Positions 38,006 through 50,369 of a DNA stretch of 64,000 nucleotides are shown piece by piece. Each line of letters opens with the position of its first letter. The first letter of the stretch is position 1. A program made the position numbers and the translations under genes. Location of the stretch: positions 1 to 64,000 of the forward strand of contig JAPMXV010000008.1 of the NCBI GenBank assembly GCA_026936335.1. Direction: 5' to 3'. The notes under the pieces are model-generated. The model was given only the letters and a program-made list of their open reading frames with translations, did not search any database and had not been told where the DNA came from. Origin of the DNA: Mantamonas sphyraenae STR306. Lineage: Eukaryota > Protista > CRuMs.

Positions 38006-39030
38006 ATGTCCTCCTCACGCAACAGCAGGCTGGCAGACTTTCCCTCCTTCCTGGGCATGCAGCACCCGCCCGAAGTCAAACGCAGCGCCCTGCTCATCCA
38101 CAAAGTCAGCGTCAAGGGCTACCAGCGCTGCCTCCAATGGGCCGCCTCCTACTTCAACTCCACCTACCTCCAGGATGACGACGACGTCCAGCAGCAGGAG
38201 CTTGCTCTCAAGCAACGCCTCGCTGAGTCGTCTGCAGACACGCAGGCCGACATCGACGACCGCACCTCCCTTGTCCAGCAGCGTGAACAGGCTGCCTTTG
38301 ACTCCCTCCAAACCTTTGTCCTTGACAATCAGGTCGAAAAGCCCAACGTGGCCATTGGTATCAAGTACAAAAAGAAGCCCCTGGACGAAACCGACGTTCA
38401 GGTGCTCGCCGTGGCCACCTTTCAAACCCTTCGGTGTGTTACGCCGCCCTGTTTCCCCGACGCCTGCCCTCTCGATTTCGCTCGCTGACCCTTGCCTTCC
38501 GCACGCCCCACCGCTCCATTCCAGCGCTGCTGTCCGCTCCAAATCCAAGCTGGACGTCATTGCCTACCAGCTTCAGGAGGACTACCACTTTCCAGAGGAC
38601 CATGTACAGAGCCTGCTCGCCGTCCTCAAATCCCTGTATGATAATCCCTGTGTGATTTGCCTCCTTTGCCCCTTTCCACGTCATTGCTGACCCTCTCTCC
38701 CTCGCCCTTTGCCCTCGCTTACCCCCGCATTGCAGTCGCAAGAGCTTTGGCACACAGTCCCTGGACAACAAGATCCACTATCCGTACCTGGAGCATCTCA
38801 AGTGGCGTGTGGACGTCACCATCTCGTCGGGGACCCTTGCACGCGTGCTCAAGCCCTCCATCAGCATGGAGATGACCCTCGACGACGGTTCCATCAAACG
38901 CTTCGAACTCACGCCGGAAAAGTTCCAAGATCTTCGCTACCAGGTCGCCAAGGTCCTGCAAAACATGCAGCGCATCGAACGCCATCCCATTCTCCAGGTT
39001 GTCGATGCATCCGTGGATGCGGGACTTTGA
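38006..39030 (+). CDS. COMMD5: COMM domain protein 5, 2 introns
   Basis: N-terminal SFLGMQHPPEV and COMM domain LKWRVDVTISSGTLARVLKPSISMEMTLDDG...KFQDLRYQVAKVL. Confidence 0.9.
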
Positions 39031-39144
39031 CACACACCAACAGCAAAACAAAAACATGCACACACCACACACACAAACACAAGGCACACAAGGCATCTCT
39101 GCTCCATTCCTCTTGCTTGGGAGGTGGGACACGTCGCGATTCCG

Positions 39145-39488
39145 TCATTCCGTGATCGTGTCCACACGCCGCACTCGCACAAGTCCCGAGTGCGCTCCCA
39201 TGGCCATCCACCCAAACCCTGTCGCATTGGGATTGAATGCCACTGAGCCCATTCCGCTCTCGTATCGGTACCTCTGCGTCCGCTCCTTGCGTCCGCTGCT
39301 GCCCGGTTTCAGCTTGGAATACGCTGTTCCGCCCTCGATTCTCATTGTGCGCGCATTGGCTGCACTCACAAGCTCACTGTCCAGATGTTCCACCACCGCG
39401 CCTCCATCCAGAATCTCCATTTGCAGGATGGCGCGCTCGGAAGACCCCATCGCGTCACCGTCTTCCTCCATGCTGCTGCTACTGCTAC

Positions 39489-39523
<35 letters not shown>

Positions 39524-42209
39524 CTGGACAAACTCTCTGCCGTTTCGCCAAGGTTGGTGTAGTGAACCACCTCCCACGACTCCTCCGCCACACCGGCGGC
39601 AATCTTCTTGAGCAGCACTTGGCCGTCACCGCCGCACGATGCCACGAACGAGTACTTGTCGCCCTCGACCACATCCACACTGTGCACAATGTTCTCATGG
39701 TAGCCCACGACCACACTCCTGTCTGCACCCTTCTTCCGTTTGGTGCCTCCGCTGCTCCCCTCATTGCTCGGGTTCAGCTCCAACATGCGCACTGCCCCAG
39801 GGTCAGAGGCAAACACCAGCTTCGATGCTTTGGGTGCCCATTGAGCCGGGCCACAGGTCGGATATACTCCAACCACTGTGTTGCCAAACACGGGCTGCAT
39901 CGGATCCCGGGCGTCCCACAGGAGCACTCGCCCATCCCCACCACACGACGCCACCAGCTGCTCGTTCTGAGGACACACTGTCACATCCCGCACGTATCCA
40001 TTGTGGCCGGCAAACGTGATGTCCGGCCGCGTGATCACCGTCGTCTCTGTCTGCTCCCCGTTCCCGTCCAGCGTCTCCAGACCCGCGTGTGGCAGCTTCC
40101 ACCCGTACACATGGCCACAGTCCGTCCCTCCAATGATGTACATGTAGCCCTGGAAGCCCATCCAGCACATGCTCGTGATCACCTGCTTCCCACTCACTCG
40201 CACTTCCGCCGCCGCCTTGCACGCGTACACCACTGCCGTCCACTCTCGTCGCTTTTCGTCACTTTCATCTCCTCCCTGTTCCCCTCTTCCACCATCCAAC
40301 CCGGCACTCGTTCGCCCACTGCGTCCACCTCCACTACGCTGCGCGCGTTTGCTCTTTGGCCGCCCCACACTGCTCTCCTGCACTCCCGCAATCTGTTCGC
40401 GGTCATTCGGCACCGCATACAGTCTCACCACCCCATCCGAACACAAGCAAGCCAGCACGCCCATCATCGGACGCGTCGCAAACTCATTCACCGTCTCCCC
40501 GTCCATTTCCTTCCCGTTCAGCAGTGTGTACCGCGATTCCAGCCCATACGGGCACCACGCAAGCTGTCTCACGCACCCGTGTTCCAGTTCCAACATGCAC
40601 ATCAGCGTTGGATCCGGCACTGTCATCCGCCGCCTGTGTGCATGAGCGGAGCCCGTGTCAGTTTGTCACTTCGTCAGTTCCACCTCTCTCTCTCCATCCC
40701 TCCATCCCTCCATCCCTCCAGCTGAGCACGTACCCACTCATATCTGCTCGCAGGCGACCAAAGTCCCACACGTGCACATAGTGGCGCGTGGTGCCGTGGT
40801 CATACAAACTCAGGTAGGTGTGCTGGGGATTGTCCACAGCCACAGCCAGCACGTCCGACTCGGCATCCTCCGCATACACCGCTCCGTCACGCTGGTCTGT
40901 GCACAGCCACGACATGGAGCGCACTGCGCCACCCACGTTCATCACCACGTCGTATGCTGCCTTGGAGCTTGCGTGGCCGCTGCTCACCGCAAGTGGTTCC
41001 AGATGCTGCATGGACGACACGTCGCCCAGCTTGCCCGGCCCACTCTTGGCACTGTACCGCCGTGCAGACAGTCGAAACGCCAACGTGCTTCCGCCCTCAC
41101 TGTCTTCATCCGCCACGCTTCGCGACGACAACACACGCGGAGCAAACAGAGCTCCGTACTTGATCAGATGCACGCCCGCATCGTGCCTCCGCGAGTTGCT
41201 CATTCCCCTATGTTCCACCGCACCACGTCACCCCGCGTGTCAATGATCCCATGGCACAAGTCCAACGTATGCATGCGCACCCCTCCACCCCATGGCTGCC
41301 ATGCAACCTCGCACACGAAAAACGCAGGAAAAAACGCACCTCTCGTGGTCGACAACCGTCACCTCTTGGATGTTTCGCGAGCGCCTCTGGATCTGCAACC
41401 GGCCATCGACCGTTGTTTGCATGCGTACCATGCAGTCCCCACACCCATCCCGTGTCAGCTTCCCATTACCAAGTCCCCACCCGCTCGTCTCCCCTCGTGC
41501 CTCTGACATCCTGCACTGCGCGCATTTTTGTCCCCGCACGAGCTCCCCTATTTTCAACCCATCTGGCCACACACAACCCTCCGCCACCCATGCATCCACT
41601 TACACGTGCACTCCGTTCCACGCTCTTGCCACTCCCACTCAGGTTGATCTTCTCTCCGCCTCCGTACTTGCGAGAAAACTTTTCGCTCTTTTTGGGCCGC
41701 CCGCGACGCCGCTTGCCACGCCCTCGCCCTGCGCTGCTCGTCGTCGTCTCCTCCGTTCCATCCGAACTCACAGAGCCCGGCGTCGCCAGTTCTCCCGTCC
41801 CTACTCCCTCACCCACCACCTGTGCTTTGCTGTGTGGCTCCAAAGACCCTCCACTCGCCGACGACCGCCGTCTGCGTTTGCGCAAGCCGCCTGCAAGTGG
41901 CACAACTTTTGCCACCCCACCTTTTCCCACAGCACTCGCCTGCGGACGGTTCAGAAACCCTTCCAGCGTCGCCCTCTCGTGTGCACTGATCTCATTCGAT
42001 CGTCCTCCTCCTCGTCTCGTCCCGTAATTATTGCTGCTCGCCTCACTGCCTGCCCCTCCACGTCCGATGCTGTTCTGCGAGCTGGCCCGGGACAACGATT
42101 CGTCTTCCTCCACTGCCCACTGCAACTCTGCGTCCTCAACCAACGCCTCTGTCATCGCCTCAGACGCATTCTGCGCCGCTTTGCGACTTGGACGGGCGTT
42201 CCGACTCAT
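39145..42209 (-). CDS. WD40 protein with AT-hook, TFIIIC subunit GTF3C2/Tfc6-like, about 3 introns
   Basis: AT-hook RRGRPKK, NVGGAVRSMSWL, LAWCP, GVLACLCSDGVVRLYAVP, C-terminal VAFNPN...WMAMGAHSGLVRV. Confidence 0.7.
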
Positions 42210-42292
42210 GCGTATGGGTGGAGCGCTACGACAAGTGAAGGTGTGGCAGCACACGCGCCCCACACTGCAATCCATCATCCCGCTCACTCAGC

Positions 42293-43931
42293 ATGGTTCG
42301 CATCGATGAAACCCTGCTTCGCAAACGTGCAGAACACAACGATGGCATTCTCGCAGACCTGCAGGAGATTGCCCTCCACCAGCAGGAGATCGAGCGCATC
42401 GAGAACCTCGACACCTACTGCCGCCATCTCAAGATCCTTTATCTGCAAAACAACCTCATCAATCGCATTGGTGAGTCTGTGTGTGCAGTATCTGCGTGGC
42501 TCTGCCTGCACCCAATTGCACACACACGTCTCTCGGCGTGCCGATCCGTCTGCCCGCCAACGGAACGAAACTGACGCCCCTTCCACACGCACCCTCGCCG
42601 CTGTCCTTCCGCCTCGGCAGAGAACCTCCATCGCCTCAAGCAGCTGGAATACCTCAACCTTGCCCTGAACAACCTGCGCAAGGTCGAGGGCCTCGAAAAG
42701 TGTGAAATGCTCACCAAGTTGGATCTCACCGCCAACTTCATCCAAGATCCGCGCTCCCTCGAGTCCCTGGCCGACAACGAGAACCTCAAAGACCTGTGCG
42801 TGCGGCCCCTTCCAATCACCCCGCTCTCTGCTCCCACCACGTGTGCTTTCCCATTTTGCTCACCTGCTTCCCCGTCCTCCACACAGCTACCTGGTGGGCA
42901 ACCCCTGCGAAAAGATCGACTTTCTCCGCCTGTACATCATCGGCGTCCTGCCACAGCTCCACTCGCTCGACGGCGAAGTCATCAAACGCATAGAACGACT
43001 GCAGGCAGAGGCACGTGTTGAGGAGCTGAGAGCCGCCCTGGACGCCATGGCGGAGGAGCACGGCTGGCAAGAGGACGGCAGCGCCCTGGTGCCCGAGGAA
43101 GGCGTCGACGAGGAATACTCGCCCGAGATGCGCACGCGAATGTACAAAGAAATGGCCGAGAAGAGGGACGAGGACGAAATCAAGAAGCGGCTGGAGGCCG
43201 AACGCAAAAAGGAGGCGGAGGAGGAGGAGCGCCAGAAGCGCCTGTTCAAAGACGACGGCCAGATCCGCCAGATGAACCAGGGCAAGTACCCATTCAAGCT
43301 GTATGAGGACGATGTGGACCACAACGTGATCCTGGAGGTCGAGCTGTCGCGCTTTCTCGACACGAGCTACATCGACGTTGACATCCAGCCCACGTATGTG
43401 CGTGTCACCGTCAAAGACAAAATCATGCAGCTTCTCCTGCCTGCAGAGGTGCTGTGTGACGCAAGCAAGGCCCAGCGTGAACAGTTTTCAGGCAAGCTGG
43501 TGCTGACCATGCCCAAGGCAGACCCCAAGGAGCTGCCCTTCCAGGCGCAGCGCAACGCAGAGGAGCGCGAACGTAGGAAACAGGCAAACACAGAGTTTGG
43601 CAACGTCAATGGCACTCGACAGCTCGCAGAGGCCAAGCACAAGACTCCTGGCTTTGGCAAAGACTACATTGGCCTTGACGATGTTGCCAACATTGTCGAC
43701 CAGAGTGCTTCTGCCTCCTCCTCCTCCTCCTCCTCCTCGTCATCATCATCATCGTCCGCCCTTTCATCACCAACCACGGCCACACCGGCTGACGGGGATG
43801 GTGATGCAAACAACAGCAACGAAACGGCGGACGCCAAATCACGCGGTGTGGCTGTGCAACGCACGTTTGCTCGCCACAAACAAGTCAGCAAAGACTTTGT
43901 GGATGACGATGATGTACCACCACTGGAATAG
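42293..43931 (+). CDS. DNAAF11: Dynein axonemal assembly factor 11 (LRRC6/TilB), introns 42471-42620 and 42796-42887
   Basis: [48 protein letters not shown]-like [18 protein letters not shown], terminal DDDDVPPLE. Confidence 0.96.
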
Positions 43932-43990
43932 ATGACCTGCTCAACCCTTGCCCAACCCACGCCAACCCCACTGCATTCCATCACACACCC

Positions 43991-46900
43991 ATGGCTCAAC
44001 TTGTGGCACACGTCGCAGAGTCGATGCTCAAGGAGGGTGTCCCCGCACAGACCCACCGGGACCTGGTGGTTGCGTTGTATGCAGCCATGCACCCGCTGGA
44101 CGGCAACGCCTTGGTGTGGACCCACTTTGGCGGCTGTGCGCGCACTCTACACCCCATCCTCGCAGATATCCTGGACATTATGGACATGGAAGGACTGTGT
44201 GCCCTGGACAAGGAGGATGTGCCACACGTGCGCGAGCAGTTTGCAGAGCAGCTGGGTGGCGAGGGCGCGCCCATGTCCACCGTGACTCCCACAGCCTGGC
44301 AGCAGCTTCTCGAACGCAATGGCATGTTGGAACGCTTTTTCCTGCCCCAGTTTGAAGTGTATGCGGCATCGCCGTGGCAGCCATTGTTCTATTCACTCGT
44401 GCTGCTGCTCGTGTACAAGAGCGAGAACGGCCTCGACGTCTCCGAGCTCCTGTGCACCACCATCAGCTGGCCCAGCAAATCCAACCCACAGCAACGACAC
44501 AGTGAGACACTGGTGGCCACTCTGGTGGGTCATATGACCGCATGGATGGCCAAGCGCACCTCTGTCTTTCAACAGATCATGCAGGCCGACTTTCTCAGCG
44601 CCTGCGTGCAGTGCTACGACCGTCCACCCGTCATGAAGACGGTGTGGCAGCTGGTGGACCAATCCTGTCTGCTCACACAGCTTGATGGGGCAAATGCATC
44701 GCTGCTGCAGTGGCAGCTGGAGGACGACGGGGCTTGGGAGGCTCTGGACAGCCGTCGGGGCAAGGTTGATGCCAAGAGCAGGCTGTTGGAACACCTGATG
44801 GCAAGCACCTACAACACAGCCACCTACTACATGGACCAGTGGGAGACACGTGCCCACGAGGTGGACCATGGCCAGTACAGCATGGCCATCTCCTCCACCT
44901 TGCGTTTGCTCATCGATCTTACCTCCCAACTGCCCACAGGCCAATATGTGGCCTGGCTCCTTTTCCACTGGCACCCCAAGCAACGAGCAGGCCACTTCTT
45001 CTTCCTCGACTGCCTCTTTGATTATGTGCACACGCTGATGGCCAACCCACAGGCCATTCTGCCCTCCCTGCGTCGCATCCTCTCCATGCTCATGCGTCTG
45101 CAAGCAAACGTGGTCTTCTTCCTGCGTCCTGCTGGCTCAGACACCCATCTGGAGCAGGTGGACACTGCTCGCATTCGACAGGCCCTCAGCCAAGAGTACC
45201 GCGAAGCCATGGGTCTGCGTTCTCCGTTTCCCGATGAAACATACATTGGGGACCTGTGGCTTGGCAATCTGTACCTGCCTCGCATCAACATCCACTTCCT
45301 GGACATGCGCGACTACATCGAGCGCAACTACGCCCTCTTCAAGGCCAATGTGGCCACTCAGATGCGCGACAACCACGTCAACGACCCCGAGGGTGTCAAC
45401 CGATACCCTCTTTTGCATGCAGACGTGTCCGATAGACCCATTCGAGGCCACACAGACCGCTTCCTGTGCAAGTTGTTCTTGGAGCAGGAGGACGACCTGC
45501 CGCTTGTCTACCGCGACGTGCGTGCCCTCGAGGCAGACAACGAAGGCGCCGACGAGGAGGATGACATCCCATCCATCCTCTTTGTGGAGATGTTGGACGA
45601 AGAGGGCCATCCCATGGTCTTTCGCGGGTGCCAATTCTGGAAACGCGGCCAACCGGAACCGCTGCCCAATCGCCAGGGCCACCGGCGTCCCTTGCTGGTG
45701 TACGTCGATGCCACGTTTGTGGAATGGTACACCCAGGACTACTTGCACCCACCGCAGCTGACCCATGTGTACCTCCTCGATCCGGCCATGTGTGCGTACA
45801 CACATGTGCTCGCCTGTGTGGCCGACATCCTGTCTGAGGGACCCAGTGCAGGAGGCAAGCAGGCCTCTTCCTCCTCCTCTTCATCATCATCGTCATCATC
45901 GTCGTCGTCAAAGGCATACAAGCCAGAGGCGTTTGGGAACGAGGCTGAGTTCAAAGCCAAAGACACGTTTGATACGTTCTCACGCATGCTACTGCTTGGA
46001 CACGCCAGTCCGGAAGATATGCGCACAGTGCAGCTGTCGCAACCGGGTGGGTTCTTTCCGTCGCGCGTGGACATGGGCTGCGTGTTTCGCAACCACGTGG
46101 AGCTACTCGAGGCACTTGTGGCCCTGGACAACCACAACTTTGAGGTGGTGGCCGATGCAAACTACCGTCGTTACGTGTGTGTGGAGTACCGTCACAGTGC
46201 CATGGAGGCCAGCGGAAGGGAGGGCGGACGGATGAACGACACCATGGATTCAGAGGGGTTGCACGCAGAATGGGACAGCGAAGACGAGGTGCTGGACGGC
46301 GAGCAGCACTCACGCAAGCAGATCGACCTGGATGAACACAACTCGGAGGTTGCACTGTACACGGCACAGCAGGCAGCTGTGTTTTCCGCCATGTTCCACC
46401 GCATCACCCTTATCATCGGGCCCCCAGGCACTGGCAAGACGGAAACCACGAGTCGGATGGCACGCGTGTTGTACCGCAACCTGTGTGTGGGCGACACTCG
46501 CAGTGACCGACGCAGCGAACGACTGCGCACCCCATTGAGTCCTCCAAGCAACAGGCAACGATGGCAACGGATGGTCATTGTGACGCACAGCAACCTGGCA
46601 TTGGATCAGCTCGTGGAGAAGCTTCTGGACAGCAACGACATGGCTCGACCCATCCATGGACTGGATCCCAGCGACAACGAGCTTGCAGGTGGACACGTGG
46701 ATGTCCCTGGCATTCTTCGCCTCGGCAGCCGCAGCAGTAGCACAGCCGTGCAAGAGTGCACCAGCAGAGGCATTGTACGCACCCTCAAACGCAGGCGCCG
46801 GGCGCTGGTCGAATGGTGTCAGGCTGCCATGGAGGAAGTGGGCCACAGCGAAGCGGCAGCTTTGTGTGCACAGCTGCGTGACACCCACGCAGACAACAGC

Positions 46901-48688
46901 AGCACCAAAGCCATCGAGGACATGCATCTGCCTGCCGATCTGCCCCAAGAAGTGCTCTATGGGTGGACCATGCTGTCCCAAGTGTATGCACTGCTGAGTT
47001 TGGCCCCGTACGAGCAAGAACGTGCGTTGCTGCAGGATGCGCGTGTGCTGGCCATGACCTGTTCCGGCGCGGCCATGAAGCGCAGGGCTCTGGCGGACAT
47101 CCAATTCGACATTCTCATCATCGAAGAAGCAGGCAAGATCCTGGAGACGGAAACGCTGGTGCTGATGAGCAAAAAGGCCCAACGCGTCATCCTCATCGGC
47201 GACGACCAGCAGTTGACGCCGCTGGTGCGTGACAGCACCCTTCGCAGCAGTTCCAACTACGAGCAGAGCATGTTTAGGAGGCTGCAGCGCATGGGTGTGC
47301 GTCCCATCATGTTGGATAGGCAAGGTCGTGCTCGCAGCGAGATCTGCGACCTGTACCGCTTCCGATACCCGGGATTGCAGGATCTGCCGCAGGTGCACGA
47401 TCCCACACACGAACGGTTCGGAGATGACATCTTGCCTGGGTTGGAACACACGACACTCATGGTGGATGTGGATGCACAGGCACACCAAACGAAGCGGAAG
47501 AACAGCAACAAAGGCGGCAGGGTGGAAACCAACGAGGATGAGGCCATCATGGTGCTCAAGTTTGCCCAGTATCTGGTGCACCATGGCGTCCCTGCCCAAT
47601 GGATCAGTGTGTTGACGCCGTATCGAGCACAACGGGCGTTGCTGGCGAGCATGTTTGCCAAGGCCAAACACGACGGGGTCCGTGTACCCCGCATTGCCAC
47701 AGTGGCCACCACTGACGAATTCCAGGGCATGCAGAACGAAGTCATTCTGCTTTCAATGGTCACCACTGCCACAAACGTCAGTGCACACCTGCGCGACACG
47801 CGTCGCATGACCGTGGCCACTTCCCGCTCCAGGCGTGCCTTTGTCGTCTTTGCCAACCGTCGCAGCTTTGCCAACTCGCTCGAGTGGCAACCCTTGCTCA
47901 ACATGTGGCCTACGGGACCTCTCGTGGTCGACAGGGGCGATGGGCAGGCAGCAGAGATTGCCGGGGTGTGGGATTGGGAAAACGTGGCCCCGTTTGCGCA
48001 GGGATCAGCATCATCCTCGTCATCATCTTCGGGAGCTTCCAAGGGAGGCAAGACCAAGACAAAGACAAAGACCAAGAGCAACATGTCGTCGTCAACGTCT
48101 GCAGCACAACTGGGCGGACGGGATGGAACGAAAAAGGGAACAGGGGATGGAGAGATGGATGAGGCATTGTCGCAGTTGAGTGCCGATCTAGGCTCATTGG
48201 AGATCCATGACGCGGCTGTCAAGGCTTGGGTGGATGGAGAGGATGAGGAAGAGGAGACGGCGCAGACACAGCAGGCCCAAAAGAGCGGCCACAACACACG
48301 CACGCAGCGGAAGACGAGTGGACAGGCAAAGGGCAAGGGCAATTCGACGAAAGGCAGACGCAGTCGTAGCAACAGTGCAAGCACAAGTGGCAGTGGCAAG
48401 AAGCAGCAGCAGCAGACAGAACAGACGGAGCAGCAGCAGCAGCAGCGACCGCCTCGCAAACCACGCGACAAACACGCTGCCCTGACACGAGAGGCAGAGC
48501 GCATGGGACGTGGCAGTTCGTCCTCGTCCTCCTCCAGCAGCAGCGACACCACCACCACCACCAATGCAAAGTCCACCAAGAACACAACCAGCATCCCGAG
48601 CAAACCCAGACGACACAACAGCAAGCAAGACAAGAAGCAAGCAGAAAGCAGCGCATCGTCAGTTCAACAGTGGTTGGATGAAGATTGA
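43991..48688 (+). CDS. SF1 Upf1-like RNA helicase, Aquarius/IBP160-related (divergent)
   Basis: GPPGTGKT, THSNLALDQL, IEEAGKILETET, LIGDDQQL, QGRAR. Aquarius-like N-terminal motifs LIDLTSQLPT and LPRINIHFLDMRDYIERNYALF. Confidence 0.85.
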   Translation: MAQLVAHVAESMLKEGVPAQTHRDLVVALYAAMHPLDGNALVWTHFGGCARTLHPILADILDIMDMEGLCALDKEDVPHVREQFAEQLGGEGAPMSTVTPTAWQQLLERNGMLERFFLPQFEVYAASPWQPLFYSLVLLLVYKSENGLDVSELLCTTISWPSKSNPQQRHSETLVATLVGHMTAWMAKRTSVFQQIMQADFLSACVQCYDRPPVMKTVWQLVDQSCLLTQLDGANASLLQWQLEDDGAWEALDSRRGKVDAKSRLLEHLMASTYNTATYYMDQWETRAHEVDHGQYSMAISSTLRLLIDLTSQLPTGQYVAWLLFHWHPKQRAGHFFFLDCLFDYVHTLMANPQAILPSLRRILSMLMRLQANVVFFLRPAGSDTHLEQVDTARIRQALSQEYREAMGLRSPFPDETYIGDLWLGNLYLPRINIHFLDMRDYIERNYALFKANVATQMRDNHVNDPEGVNRYPLLHADVSDRPIRGHTDRFLCKLFLEQEDDLPLVYRDVRALEADNEGADEEDDIPSILFVEMLDEEGHPMVFRGCQFWKRGQPEPLPNRQGHRRPLLVYVDATFVEWYTQDYLHPPQLTHVYLLDPAMCAYTHVLACVADILSEGPSAGGKQASSSSSSSSSSSSSSSKAYKPEAFGNEAEFKAKDTFDTFSRMLLLGHASPEDMRTVQLSQPGGFFPSRVDMGCVFRNHVELLEALVALDNHNFEVVADANYRRYVCVEYRHSAMEASGREGGRMNDTMDSEGLHAEWDSEDEVLDGEQHSRKQIDLDEHNSEVALYTAQQAAVFSAMFHRITLIIGPPGTGKTETTSRMARVLYRNLCVGDTRSDRRSERLRTPLSPPSNRQRWQRMVIVTHSNLALDQLVEKLLDSNDMARPIHGLDPSDNELAGGHVDVPGILRLGSRSSSTAVQECTSRGIVRTLKRRRRALVEWCQAAMEEVGHSEAAALCAQLRDTHADNSSTKAIEDMHLPADLPQEVLYGWTMLSQVYALLSLAPYEQERALLQDARVLAMTCSGAAMKRRALADIQFDILIIEEAGKILETETLVLMSKKAQRVILIGDDQQLTPLVRDSTLRSSSNYEQSMFRRLQRMGVRPIMLDRQGRARSEICDLYRFRYPGLQDLPQVHDPTHERFGDDILPGLEHTTLMVDVDAQAHQTKRKNSNKGGRVETNEDEAIMVLKFAQYLVHHGVPAQWISVLTPYRAQRALLASMFAKAKHDGVRVPRIATVATTDEFQGMQNEVILLSMVTTATNVSAHLRDTRRMTVATSRSRRAFVVFANRRSFANSLEWQPLLNMWPTGPLVVDRGDGQAAEIAGVWDWENVAPFAQGSASSSSSSSGASKGGKTKTKTKTKSNMSSSTSAAQLGGRDGTKKGTGDGEMDEALSQLSADLGSLEIHDAAVKAWVDGEDEEEETAQTQQAQKSGHNTRTQRKTSGQAKGKGNSTKGRRSRSNSASTSGSGKKQQQQTEQTEQQQQQRPPRKPRDKHAALTREAERMGRGSSSSSSSSSSDTTTTTNAKSTKNTTSIPSKPRRHNSKQDKKQAESSASSVQQWLDED

Positions 48689-48711
48689 ATGTGTCCACTC
48701 CCCGCAATCGC

Positions 48712-50277
48712 TCACAACAGCGCCGCACGCAACGTCGTGCTTGATCCAGAAAGAATCTTTGCTTGCACATACTCTCCAGCTCGGATTTCTGTGCCGTCAT
48801 GCCTCCATCGAGGGACAATGACTTTCTTGAACGTGTCTGTCTTGCCCACCAGCTCCTCTTCCGAGCGTCGGCTGAGGCCTTCCACGAGAACGTCGTGTGT
48901 GCTGCCAATTTCTGCCTGATTCTTTGCGTGTGCGTGTCTGTGGTACACCTCGATGAGTTCTTGCAGCCTGCGCTTCTTGATGTCTTCCTCCACGTCGTCC
49001 TGCAGTCGCCGGTGTGCATGTGTGCGCTCTCGCATGCTGTAGGCAAACAGAAAGGCGTGCTCAAACTTCACCTCCTCCATCAGCTCCACACTCTGCCGAT
49101 GGTCCTCTTCGGTCTCGCCACAGAAGCCAGCAATCATATCGGTGCTCAATGCAACCCCAGGCACCTGGTCACGGATGTTGTGCACCAGCTCAAGGTACGC
49201 CTCGCGCGAATAGCCCCTGCGCATGCTGTCCAACACGGCGGTGGAGCCTGACTGTGCAGGCACGTGCAGGCTCTTGCACACGTTGGGTCGTTCTTTGACC
49301 AGTTGCAACAGCTCCATGGGATAGTCCTTCGGATGGGGTGAGGTGAAACGCAGGCGCACGTCGTCCGGCACCGCTGTGCTGATGCGAAACAGCAACTCTG
49401 CAAACCGTGCGCCTCCCTCCTTGCGTTTGTAAATGGTGTTGAATTGGGGTGAGGACAGACCCGAATGGGAGACATGAGTGCTGCTGCTGCTGAGGTCGGC
49501 ATACGAATTGACGTTCTGTCCCAACAGCGTGATCTCCTTGAATCCCTCTTCAGCCAGGGCCACACACTCGTCCACAATCGATTGCACAGGCCGACTGCGT
49601 TCCCTGCCCCGTGTGAATGGGACAATGCAGTAGCTGCACATGTTGTTGCACCCGCGCATGATGCTCACGTACGCACTCAGCCCCTGCCTGCGCACTGGTG
49701 TTACGTCTGCATACGTCTCATCCATGGACAACATGGTGTTGATCTGCTGGTCCCCTGTGTCAAAGTACGAGTTCAGCAGCCGCGGCAGGTCCCGGTAGCT
49801 GTCCGGTCCGGCCACCACTTGCACCAGCTTCTTCTCGTCCAGCAACTTGTCCTTCAGCCGAGTCGACATGCAGCCCAACAGTCCCACCACCGCATCGTGT
49901 TTCTTCAGCGCATGCAGTCGTTGCCACACCTTGGCTTCCGCGTTGTCCCGGATGGCACACGTGTTCAGCAGGATGCAATCCGCCTCCTCCACGCTCTCCG
50001 TCTCGTCAAACGTCTTGGCCAGGATGCCCTTGACAATCTCCGTGTCATTCACATTCATTTGACACCCGTACGTCTCCACCAGCACCTTGGGTCGACGTCC
50101 CAACGCCTGCGCTTCAAGGTACGGTGGCAGTTCGCTCTCCCCGGCCCCATCTCCGCCCACCAGGACGTCCTGCGCCTGCCCAGCCCCAACCTGGTCCTGA
50201 ATAAAGTGTTGCAGAGTCTTTCCATCCCGAGGCAACCTGCGTGCCCGGTGACTGACCTGAACTGTGCGTCGAAACAT
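48712..50277 (-). CDS. CDK5RAP1: tRNA methylthiotransferase (MiaB/CDK5RAP1)
   Basis: ETYGCQMNVND, NTCAIRDNAE, radical-SAM GCNNMCSYC, RFTSPHPKD and a C-terminal TRAM domain. The N-terminus resembles a mitochondrial presequence. Confidence 0.95.
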   Translation of the reverse strand: MFRRTVQVSHRARRLPRDGKTLQHFIQDQVGAGQAQDVLVGGDGAGESELPPYLEAQALGRRPKVLVETYGCQMNVNDTEIVKGILAKTFDETESVEEADCILLNTCAIRDNAEAKVWQRLHALKKHDAVVGLLGCMSTRLKDKLLDEKKLVQVVAGPDSYRDLPRLLNSYFDTGDQQINTMLSMDETYADVTPVRRQGLSAYVSIMRGCNNMCSYCIVPFTRGRERSRPVQSIVDECVALAEEGFKEITLLGQNVNSYADLSSSSTHVSHSGLSSPQFNTIYKRKEGGARFAELLFRISTAVPDDVRLRFTSPHPKDYPMELLQLVKERPNVCKSLHVPAQSGSTAVLDSMRRGYSREAYLELVHNIRDQVPGVALSTDMIAGFCGETEEDHRQSVELMEEVKFEHAFLFAYSMRERTHAHRRLQDDVEEDIKKRRLQELIEVYHRHAHAKNQAEIGSTHDVLVEGLSRRSEEELVGKTDTFKKVIVPRWRHDGTEIRAGEYVQAKILSGSSTTLRAALL

Positions 50278-50369
50278 GTGGGGTGGTTGGCCACAGCTGC
50301 GCAGGTCTTTGCGACCGACCGTGAACACAGCTGCGCGATGTGATCGGTTCACCGTTCATTGTTCCTTTG

